A stretch of 63,069 nucleotides of DNA, the filler included, from Octopus bimaculoides (lineage: Eukaryota): NCBI RefSeq assembly GCF_001194135.2. It is 3 parts of 3 records of this genome, joined end to end, with 100 filler letters (N's around TTAATTAATTAA, not from the genome) between each part and the next. Parts side by side here need not be neighbours in the genome. Positions count along the whole stretch, not along the records: positions 40,050 to 63,069 come from NC_068994.1; 2 more parts are not named here. One strand, given 5' to 3'. The notes beneath the pieces were generated by a model that had not been told where the DNA came from, did no database searches, and saw nothing but the letters and a program-made list of their open reading frames with translations. How positions within the stretch are numbered: the first letter of the stretch is position 1; each line of letters opens with the position of its first letter. Below, in pieces: positions 52,582-63,069 of the stretch. The position numbers were made by a program, and so were the translations under genes.

Positions 52582-53369
52582 CTTGTTTTTTCGTTAGACG
52601 AAGAAACAAAAAAATATTTTTAATGGACAAAAAGTCCAAACTTCGTCCCTAAAAGGAGGAAATTTCAACAAAAAAAACCCTTCTGCACACCAAAAAGGGT
52701 TCGGAAAACAAAACAGTCAAATAAAATAGTCAATAAAACTTGAAAAAAGCCACAAGAAAACCCAAACTCACGGAGCGATGAAAATACGTCTTAACTCGCC
52801 GGCAACAATGAAGAAGAAGAAGAGCAACAACAATTAAACTCGCGTTTCCAGCATGAGGTTCACACCGTTCCTGCCCCGCCCCCATCCGTCTCAGAGGCAC
52901 TTCACTATGACACACCGCGCCTTCTCACAATTTATCTCAATACAACGAAACCATTTCATCATACATGCATCCCGCCTCATACCTGAAGAGAAAAGAAAGT
53001 TAAAGACAACTTTACTTAAAATTGAACCAGAATCTAGAGAAGCCCTATCGAGTTCTGCAGAGTTTACATACATAGTTCTGTCGGGTATACACCCTACTTG
53101 AAGTATACGTAACAGGCATACATCTGTTATACCAGTTATATCAACGGTAATATTTCTAAAATATCAATCTATTCAAAAGCCTACGAGTTGATGTACACAC
53201 ACACGCACGCACACACACACATCTGCTCTACCGGCTCTGCGCGCGCGCCCGTGTGTGTGTGTGTGTCTGTGTGTAACTGGTAGAAGAGTTAAATCCGTTA
53301 CCTTCGCGTAAAACGAAGATAGAAAGAAATGCCACTTGCTAGAAATGATTTAAGTACAGACACACAAGT

Positions 53370-53465
53370 ATTCTATTCTCACACTGGTTCCAGTCACTCA
53401 ACCGTGACCATGCTGGGGCACTATCTTTATCGTTTTTTTAGTCGATCGACCTCAGGACTTACAGT
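53370..53465 (-). mobile_element. SINE family A tail fragment
   Basis: CCGTGACCATGCTGGGGCAC...TAGTCGATCGACCTCAGGACTTA. Confidence 0.65.
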
Positions 53466-55779
53466 ACAGAATTTATCGACCTCTCTTTAATTACATGACT
53501 TCTATCTATGTGTGTGTGTGTGTGTGTAGTGCGCGCGATATTGTATGTCCTATTGTGTACGTCTATGTGCGTAATATCGTGTGTGTGTGAGAGAGAGAGA
53601 GAGAGAGCGTGATATTGTGTGGATGTGATTTTAAGTGTTTCCTATTGCGCGCGCGTGCGAAATGGTGTGGTGTGAAAATAATGGAATCGGTTTGATATGA
53701 TGATTTTGGTGATTTCCCTTCGGTGTTGATAAAGCAATTGTTAGATGAAGCTATGTAAAGAGTAGACACTTCAAACACAAACAGCTGTCCTCCATAATCA
53801 AGTGAAGCATGGAAGTCCCGAGACGGAATTGTGTGAATGTATTTGACGGTTAAATGAATAAGAAAGTAAAAAGCGCTCTTCATATGACCAATGTTCACAA
53901 AACATTGTTACGTTTGTCCAGTTATTTTCGAGGAGATTAAGATCGGAGACTGCGGAGACTGGGGACAGTCTTTCTCGGTGACAAACGTCTCGACACTTGG
54001 CTGATGAGGATTAATATGACTGAAATATGTCCAGAGTTGTTAGCCTTACTTACCGAAGATCAGACTCACTTCACACTACTGTGCCTACGCTTTATTTTGA
54101 ATTAATCTCAGAATTCTCTCCCCTGTCTCATTTGAAAAGAGTTAATAATCACACTAATTAATATTTCTCCTCACCATGTATGTAATTATGATTGATTAAC
54201 AAGTTGTGTTCACACTGTTAAATATGTTAGCACTTATCTCACAGTTGCTATTTCGATAGGAGTCATCTTTAGACAGGTAACCAAGATATCTGACATGACA
54301 TTCTGAGATGAGACAGACTGGAGGTGAAGCTTCTAACACCAACTCACCTGAGTCGACATCTCCTTCGCCTTGTATAGAAAACTCGTCCAATTTTGAAAAT
54401 TCCCTTCATTATTTTATATGAGGCTTTTTTGTTGGGGTTAGCGAGATGTCGTCAGCGAATCGGCATTTAAATCTCCCGAATATATGACTGGTATATTTTA
54501 TAGCCACAAAGGAGAGCCTAAAGATATAGTTGACCACAGATATTAGATAAAGTCACTCATTCGATTTGTTATTCTTTAGAAATAAATGATGTTTCAAATC
54601 CATCATAGGTGACAAGAAGAGGAAGAGGAAGAGGAAGATTGTGGGGACGGGGTCAAGTTTAGGGTTAGGATTAGGGTTACACACGTCGACAATCTTAACT
54701 TTCATAAGTGTTAAAGTATTTGCGGATCAAATCCTTGGCCTTACCATCATTGATTATTACTCAAAATCTCAACGTAGCAAACCCTGAATCCAAAACACTG
54801 ATTCCCCCCCCCCCCATCAGGGGAGAAAAAATACTTCATTCCGTCATCAACCTCAACAACTATTAACGTTCGAGTGAGACTAAAATATCAGCCATATCTG
54901 GGACGCTGCTTCTGCCACATTCACAGCCATCTTTGATCCCACGCAAGAAAGGCTACCCGATTGAACCCCCACCCCTCAAAAACTCATTCTCTCTTTTGCC
55001 TTTGCTACGGCATCGAGCTTTGATAGTCGAAAAGGGTTCGTGTCACGCTTTCTCCATTCACACAAATTTTACTCCCTCATATCTCCTGCTCTCGTCACGC
55101 ATATTCTATTAATACATCCCCCCTCTTTAAACCGTACCCTAAGCATTATGCCTAATCCTTCCTCCCCTTCTAAAATTCCCTCTCTACCCATACAAAACAG
55201 TAACCACGTCAGTCTCACCAGTTTGAAAAGACCTGCTACTGTCAGGGTTACAATCTCTTTCTCCAAAACTAAACGAAAGCTGTAATCGTGTCAAAGTCTA
55301 ACATTACAAAAGGACTATCTAAAACCATCTAATTAATTTATATCATTTAATTAAACATTTTTTTCCCTAATAGGATAGAACAGCCCTGGACATTACAAAA
55401 GCTTTCAGTGTATTTGTGCGTGATGGCTTGATCAGAAATATTAAAGTTTGAAGTCCTTTAAATATGCAGTACATAACACTGTCGGATCAAAGAGGAATGC
55501 GTGAAGCCTACAGAAATAATATTGATTTGGCAGACGTACATATTGATCATGGTCAACGACGAAATCAATGTTGTTAGTTTTATTAACAATAATTTATAGA
55601 TTTAGAAAATTCTTTATGTTGATTTATATTCATTTAAAGGTTTTTTTTTCTTTTTTCCTAAGCTCGTCTCTTGCTGTTGTACGCTTTCACTCGCTGTTTA
55701 TCACTTTGTTGATTTAAATATTTCACAGATAGAAAGAAACTTGTATTTATTCTTATTCTAGAAAACCATTCAAGGGTTT

Positions 55780-55990
55780 TGTTTTAACTTATTTGATTTC
55801 TCACATCGACTCGTGTAGAGTATTGTTTATCTTGTTAGCGATTCTATCATCATTATTTCAGCAAATGCGGTGAAGTCTATACTTACCTGAGAAGGTTTTA
55901 AAGAGTCGAAACATGTCTGGTATTTGATAATGAAGTAATTAAAATAATTAAAATAGTATCAGTCATTAAGCTAATGATATCATTGCCTCT
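55780..55990 (+). mobile_element. Penelope-like end with degenerate hammerhead motif
   Basis: CTGA-GAAGG...GTC-GAAAC-AT-GT-C with palindromic ACATGT stem III; boundaries approximate. Confidence 0.4.
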
Positions 55991-56851
55991 TTGCATAATT
56001 ACTACTAATCAACTGTTTAATGTTAATTAAAGAAGTTATCGGCTTAAATCAAACATGATAACTGAAACAAGTGCATAATCCGTAAATATTTCGTAATTTA
56101 CGATACATAATTTGAAGCTTTTAATAGTGATAGCTTGGAAAGACAGAGACCTCTTGCATAGAGTCCAGATGATCCATTGCAATAGAAGACACTTTAATCG
56201 TGACCGAATGAAAGATTGTAGCTATTAACATCTCAATACTTTGTTAGTTTTGAAATATTAATACCGTGTGTGGNNNNNNNNNNNNNNNNNNNNNNNNNNN
56301 NNNNNNNNNNNNNNNNNNNNNNNNNNNNNNNNNGGGGGGGGGGGGGGTAAGCCATAAAACAAGCGGCATAAGAGGCAACGTCGACCGCCCGATTGGTCCA
56401 ACAAATATGGTGTAAAGACTGGAACACCGCGCCAAAAACTGGAACGGTTTCTGTGACTGGTGGAAGGGGGGAAGGAAGGAGGTTATTGTCCCATTGAAAA
56501 CCTTAACAAACATTACACCACGACAGACACACAATGGCTACGGAGTGAGGTTAAGCTTGGGGTGCGTGCGTGTGTGTGTGTGTGTGTGTGTAGATTTGCT
56601 TACGTATTAATACACCTCTACATGTATATACGACACATATTTAAAGCAATTGTACATTTGTGTATACGTATAAAAGTACGCGTGTCTAGAGATGTGTGTA
56701 CGAATGTAGACTTCTACATATGCACGAATATTTACATGTGTGTGTGTGTATGTATATATATATATATGTATATATATACATACATAACAGTCTGCCAGCT
56801 TGTTTTCCCATCTCTCTTTATCTCCTTATATTTGTGGGTGAGGTGTTCACA

Positions 56852-56896
<45 letters not shown>

Positions 56897-57361
56897 TTGT
56901 AAGGCTTTCACTTGAGCACACGCATCGTATACATACACACACAGATACAGCGTACACATATCACACCCCATTTAACAACATACACATATTTGTCCTCAGT
57001 CACAATGTATATATATATACACAGTGTACACAGCACCTCGCCCAGCCACACACATACATATACACACCGTGTACGCATTCTACACAACGCGACCACCATT
57101 CTACATTACTACCACCATCACCTCAGTAGCGCCCTCATCAACCATGTTTAGACTGACAACGAAAATATGGGACATCATAGACATAATAAGACCTATGCTT
57201 ACAGAAAGAACCTTCCAGAGAGGAGAGACATCCCCCAACGCCCACCATCACCCCCCTCCTATCTTTGCTTATCTACAATCAATGTTATTTTTAAAAATTT
57301 TATTTACAGCCTTCTCTAAATGTATTTATTGTTATTGCAAAGGTTGTTGTTAGATATTTGA

Positions 57362-57395
<34 letters not shown>

Positions 57396-57404
57396 TCATG
57401 TAAC

Positions 57405-57570
57405 CTCGTGGGCATCGGTACCATTTTCCTCTTTCTCCGTTCTTCCATTCTCCGAACTTTCCATCTTTCCGACGAAGGGCTACGCCCGAAACGTCATACA
57501 CTCTCTCTTTCCTTTCCTGAGCGTCCAATAATACTATCCATATCACGTCCTCACCTTGTTGTTTTTTTGT
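57405..57570 (+). mobile_element. Penelope-like end with minimal hammerhead motif
   Basis: CCGACGA-A-GGGC-TAC-GCCC-GAAAC-GTC: perfect stem II, GUC cleavage triplet, U4C core change. Confidence 0.6.
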
Positions 57571-57591
57571 TTTTTTGTTATTGTGTTTTTG

Positions 57592-57627
<36 letters not shown>

Positions 57628-57929
57628 GCGTGTATATATATATATATATATATATATATGCGTGTGTATCTATATATATGTGTGTATATATATATACGTG
57701 TATGTATGTATGTATATATATATATATAAGTACATATACAGATGTGTGTGTGTGTGTATCTGCGTATAGGTGTGTATTATTACTATACATTTACATGTAT
57801 ACAAACTTGTAAATATAAGTGTATTCATGTTCACACACACACACACAACATGTATGGCTACACAAATTTACTTATGTTTCTGCCTCTATAACTATGTGTG
57901 TATGTGTGCGTGTGCGTGTGCGTGTGCGT

Positions 57930-57981
<52 letters not shown>

Positions 57982-59044
57982 CTTGTTTTACAACTTTCTA
58001 TTTCATTTTGTAATTAAAATATTTCACATTTTATACATTGTTATCGATTTTTTCCCTGTCCAAAATCTTTTCCCCGCCTTCCTCCCCTCGCCCCCCCCCC
58101 TCTTTGATAAATTACTTTTCAGTTTGACAGTTGTTTCAGGGTGCAGAGCGGGTAGGTTTCTCCAGGGAGACTCGGTTAGTATTTACCAGCAACGAATCTA
58201 CTGTCGTCTGCTAAAAACACTCTGCAGCCTGACTCATCCTATACACTCTGCTTAACCTTTGCTTTCAGCTGGGATTGAACCTGCCACCTTCTGCTAACGC
58301 ACATGTACTTTATCACTCACGCTTGGCTGCTGTTAATGAGATGATGACACTTTGAAGCAAAGATTTGTTTCGTTGTTCTCTGCAAACTGCCGCCATTAAG
58401 GTGAAGTGATAAACTGGAATCCATCCTAATCGTCAAGGCATTAAATATTGGGAGAGAGAACTTTTCCCAGAATAGAATGTTGTCTATCACACAGTATTAA
58501 GCACGGTAAACATCGCTAGTTACTGTGAGTTGGCTGTTACTTCCAGCAGAGAGCTTAGTTCGCCCGTGGTGTCTATTTACAGCAACTAACTTTTCTGGAA
58601 TATTAAATGTAAAGGGTATTTACCAAAGATTCGGTGTTCTGCTGCTGAAAGAGTAAAAAATGGAGCTTTTTCCCACCTCTTATCGTTTTGGTCAACATGC
58701 TGATTCTCTTTAAACAGTATCGAACGTCAATGAAACGAACCTTAAAGATAAACTTTATGGAACTCTAGTGAGAGCAGAATGCGGAGAAATTTAACTACAC
58801 CAGCTGTGAAAACAAGTCCAAATTTATATTGAATACTGGAATTTCACTCCAATAAATTCTAGTTTTTTTAGTTTTTATTGACAAAGAAACTTTTCATTAA
58901 TTTTTTCCCCCAAGATGTTTTACAGAGATTTGTTCCATTCGGTTATTTAAATTTCTTCATAAAAAGTCAGTTTTTTTTCCGTCCACGAGTCAACTATTGT
59001 ATTGTGATGTGAGACTGATAGGTTTCTTTTTGTTGTTGTTTTAC

Positions 59045-59172
59045 TTGCAGCGTGACTACGTGGTTAAGAAGTTCGCTTTGCCACCAAGTGTTCTCAGTTC
59101 GATTCTAACCCATGCCTCTTGCGCAAGTACATGCTGCTGAAGCCTTAGATGGAAACTTCGTGGAATTCTCAC
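59045..59172 (+). mobile_element. SINE family A-like head (diverged)
   Basis: GTGACTACGTGGTTAAGAAGTTCGCTT...CAGTTCGATTC...TTGCGCAAGT. Confidence 0.55.
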
Positions 59173-59238
59173 ATAACAGACTCCTCTATAACAGACTCCT
59201 CTATAACAGACTCCTCTATAACAGACTCCTCTATAACA
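59173..59238. repeat. 15-bp tandem repeat (ATAACAGACTCCTCT) x4.4
   Basis: Four perfect copies plus ATAACA. Confidence 0.97.
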
Positions 59239-59870
59239 ATAATACCAACAGAAAAACTACCATCGGAACGTACAGTGACACAATGAAGCGGAATGGCTGG
59301 CTGCCCCCCGTAAGATCATCTCGATCACGTGGCCATGACCTGTAACCAGACAAATTTTCTATCCAGCCCTGCAAGCTAATTAAACTTCTAAAGTATTTTA
59401 AGCATAAAAAATAAGATTCTCCTTNNNNNNNNNNNNNNNNNNNNNNNNNNNNNNNNNNNNNNNNNNNNNNNNNNNNNNNNNNNNNNNNNNNNNNNNNNNN
59501 NNNNNNNNNNNNNNNNNNNNNNNNNNNNNNNNNNNNNNNNNNNNNNNNNNNNNNNNNNNNNNNNNNNNNNNNNNNNNNNNNNNNNNNNNNNNNNNNNNNN
59601 NNNNNNNNNNNNNNNNNNNNNNNNNNNNNNNNNNNNNNNNNNNNNNNNNNNNNNNNNNNNNNNNNNNNNNNNNNNNNNNNNNNNNNNNNNNNNNNNNNNN
59701 NNNNNNNNNNNNNNNNNNNNNNNNNNNNNNNNNNNNNNNNNNNNNNNNNNNNNNNNNNNNNNNNNNNNNNNNNNNNNNNNNNNNNNNNNNNNNNNNNNNN
59801 NNNNNNNNNNNNNNNNNNNNNNNNNNNNNNNNNNNNNNNNNNNNNNNNNNATATATATATATATATATAT

Positions 59871-60150
59871 ATAGCTGAAGGATTAAAATTAATCATAGGA
59901 CATATTGAGTATGTCTATATGCTGGAAATAACAGTCAAAACTCTTATTGAAATCGCCAAAAAACAATGATAATAACTACAAAAATCAACTGTCCGAAGGC
60001 AAACGGGTTAAGACAATCTGTCCATATACTTGAATGTATGCTGAGAGATTGTCTTAACCCGTTTGCCTTCGGACAGTTGATTTTTGTAGTTATTATCAGC
60101 AGGTAGATATACTTAGTATGTGCTTTGATTAATTTCAATCCTTCAGCTAT
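59871..60150. mobile_element. Palindromic MITE-like element with perfect 53-bp inner inverted repeat
   Basis: Outer arms ATAGCTGAAGGATTAAAATTAATCA (59871-59895) and 60126-60150 differ at one position; inner arms 59967-60019 and 60046-60098 are perfectly complementary. Confidence 0.85.
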
Positions 60151-60285
60151 TTAATGCTTTTGGGGGGGGCCTGCAATCGCCTATATTATTGATTCTGTTA
60201 TCATTTTTAAATTGTCACACTAATAACAGAGTCAATGGTATCTTTGCAAATGATTCTTTTCGTGAATTATTTGCTCTGTATTGAA

Positions 60286-60328
<43 letters not shown>

Positions 60329-60337
60329 CATATGAAG

Positions 60338-60465
60338 TTGTTTAGCCTAGTGGCCAGGGCGTTGGGCTCCCGATTGTAAGGGCTAAGGGGTGTGTTGTGT
60401 CTTTGAACAAGACATTTCATTCCACATTGCTCTACTCAGCCGTAAATGAGTACCACCCGAGTACT
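60338..60465 (+). mobile_element. SINE family C fragment
   Basis: GCCTAGTGGCCAGGG...TGTGTTGTGTCTTTGAACAAGACATTTCATTCCACATTGCTC...TCAGCCGTAAATGAGTA; matches 13578-13810. Confidence 0.65.
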
Positions 60466-61958
60466 ACTGCAATCCTCTTCCTCCCTCCAGCTGTCGCATC
60501 CTCGATCTTTCACTGAGTTAAGAGTGGAAGGATTGAGAGGATGTCTGTCTCTGCTCGCTACTCCATAGTGACACTTGAACTAACGGAAGCGTGCTACCAG
60601 GTCAGACTCACTACCTACTGACCTAAGCAAGCGCGCGCGCACACACACACCTTTATATATAATCTTTGCGAGCACCGAGGTCGTTATTACTTACACATGG
60701 GAAGATTATTGCAGTGAGGCCCCTTTTCTGCAGACGGGAACTTGAAATCGTAGAGCGTTAGGGTTGAGCGCAATTAATGTATCGTTACGCACACACATAT
60801 ACGTATGTGTATATACTCATACACACGCCATCTACATGTATATATATATAATATATAATATACACACATATATACATCAATACAAGTAACATTCACTCAT
60901 ATTGTTTTTCTCTTTATATCTCACGCTTCTACTTCTCTCACCTTTTAAATCTCTACTTTTCCTCCTCCTTTCTCTACTTCCCTCCTTCTTCCTCCCTCTT
61001 ATTAATTCCCTAATCTGTAATCCTCCCCTCCCCCCGCACCTCCGATTTCCTTTTACTTATTTAATATCAATTTAAAAACTACATTCACATTTTTCTCTCG
61101 TTTGTCTTCGAAGAAAGGACATGTTCCAACTGTTACCATTCCACAAATGAACAAGGTTAATGATTCCATGACCCACGTTCTCTCAGACAGGGTATCAAAA
61201 TGCTGGGCTGGGTACTTGGCAGCAGAAGCAGCGGGCTCGAAAACGTAACAAAACCAATATCAAGCAGTAGTTACCCCCAAAACTCCACCCCGTACTTCAT
61301 TAAGAAATCCTCAAACTTATCTATATTTCTGACCTGTGATAGAAGATGAAATAATTAACGGGTATTTAACGGGTGTGTTCGTATTTGGATGAGATGTCGC
61401 ATATGGTAGAGATTGCGGTAAGAAATCGGAATGGTAAAGCAAAGTAAGTTGAAAATGATAAGGGTAAATGAAGGCTGAGTGATAGAGACGAGGAAAAAAA
61501 AAAGATTGGAATAGAGAAGTGATAAATGGAAAAAGGCTAACAGAGATATAATAATGAAAGGGGGAGGGGAGAAAAAAAAGGGTTAGATTCACATTAAGCA
61601 AGGATGTGTGAGTTAGGATATTAGAATGAGACGGCGACGATCTTGATGACACGCAAAGCATTGCTATTTGGGTAAGAAGGTAACCTTTATTCTATCGGTG
61701 GTAATGTTGCAGCAGGGAGGTAATTGTTTACCGATGATTCTTGCCGGATGCCGTCATAAATGGGGTGGAAAAGTTAACAAAAGATTGTTAAAATACTCAC
61801 GTAAGGGGAATCTTGCTTTCAAGAAGTCATATATAAACATTAAAATGGAATTATACACGGGAACATAGCGTTCAGCTGACCCCGGGTATCTGTGTAAAGG
61901 CTGAGAGTAGCGGAAGGTGGAGGGTGGGGTGATAAAAATGTTAGTATTAATGCGTGTA

Positions 61959-61991
<33 letters not shown>

Positions 61992-62822
61992 TGTGTTCTG
62001 GGGGAGAGAGAGGGGGAGTACGTGTCGGGGGGAGGGAGCGAGAGTGTGTGTGTGTGTGTGTTAAACTGATAAATATATTATTAATGGGTTCAGAGACAGG
62101 CATATCAGACATATGTAGAGTGACAGGTTGATAGATGGAGGGGAGGAAAGAGAGAGAGAGAGAGAGACGTGTAAGGCAAGCAGAGAGATAGACCGACAGA
62201 TACAGGCCTGAATACAAACATATATAGATGCATAGCGATTTACAAACATACATATATACATGCACACAGACACATATACACGTACATGCACACATAGGCA
62301 TAATTATATAAATATACATACATACAGAGAGAGAGACAGACAGACAGACAGACAAGCAAACAGACAAAAAGACACCTAGAGGTGATATGAAATATTGAAA
62401 ACAAGCAATGAGATGCTGAATGTGGGTGTAAGGGTTAATTGTGGCAGTTAGTTAATATTAATTAGAGAAGACCTTCAGTTAGCATGTGGAGTGTAAAGGC
62501 AATAAATGACTGTTGCGATCGAGCAAACATGATTGATGGTGTGTTTTCATCACAAAGACACGACTTCACAGATCTCTTTAAAAAGCTCAAATTTAAACCT
62601 ATTAAAGTAAGGGTTAGCATCCTGTCTGTTACTTGGCTACTGAAATTGGTTCTACATACTTTATGGCCCAGAAGAATGACGACAACAGGAACAAGTATTG
62701 AACTCCTGATTCTGTTTTACTTCTATTTACGCTAACATCGTAAACATTTCCCTCCGCCACCATCTTCATAGATCTGTCCCACCATTTATCAACTTACATG
62801 TCCATGTCTATAGCTCGCCCTT

Positions 62823-62877
<55 letters not shown>

Positions 62878-63069
62878 TAGTAAGCTCGTGACAAAAATGA
62901 AATAAGCTGAACTCCTGGTGTTTAATAAATCCATCTCCACAGCATATATTCCCATATATTTGATTTAGTTTTGTAGAGAAATGATTAAGTTTTTATTGAA
63001 ATTACTTTGAGGGATTGAATCCAAAGAGAATCAAATATGAAGAAAGGTTTTTATATATTTTGGTTGAAT

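Larger units (their letters stand above)
47950..52760 (-). mobile_element. Near-full-length, decayed Tx1/L1-type LINE (3'-truncated)
   Basis: ORF1 with CCHC knuckle and ORF2 with APE, RT and C-terminal WQCYRG blocks in collinear order; many stops and frameshifts. The 5' boundary is approximate. Confidence 0.93.

Noticed and set aside
55887-55916. 30-nt minus-strand exon with perfect CAG|GTAAGT donor
   Set aside because: Coincides with a plus-strand Penelope/hammerhead-like relic, so the signal is more simply TE-derived; not used in the gene model.
58265-58300. tRNA gene (GGTTCAATCCC B-box on the minus strand)
   Set aside because: No cloverleaf or acceptor stem; probably a decayed SINE head. 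The same applies to all A/B boxes in the SINE copies.

Overview
AT-rich, microsatellite-saturated animal genomic DNA with many N gaps. The SINE and LINE families resemble those I recall from Octopus genomes, so the species call is an inference. The window is mostly intronic or intergenic. No complete intact gene, rRNA, tRNA gene or CRISPR array can be supported, and almost all ORF-track entries are translations of microsatellites or gaps. Main contents: (1) a near-full-length but decayed Tx1/L1-type LINE on the minus strand (~47.95-52.76 kb), with ORF1 CCHC knuckle, APE endonuclease and RT YADD motif, plus an older fragment of the same family at 4.3-4.8 kb; (2) about 25 copies or fragments of three tRNA-derived SINE families; (3) RLE-type (R4/Dong-like) and RTE-type LINE 3' ends, Penelope-like ends with minimal hammerhead motifs, a Tc1-like remnant and palindromic MITE-like elements; (4) the probable 3' end of an unidentified minus-strand protein-coding gene (exons 33115-33149 and 32035-32199, a possible alternative last exon at 29.8-30.0 kb, speculative upstream microexons). 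The most notable unexplained items are a hairpin-rich ~585-bp insertion splitting a SINE (20.7-21.3 kb) and two long near-perfect hairpins (38.1 and 60.0 kb). Several oddities are assembly artefacts: the TTAATTAATTAA linkers and a 341-bp duplication across a gap. I see no firm evidence of a wholly new biological system; the candidates are ranked accordingly.
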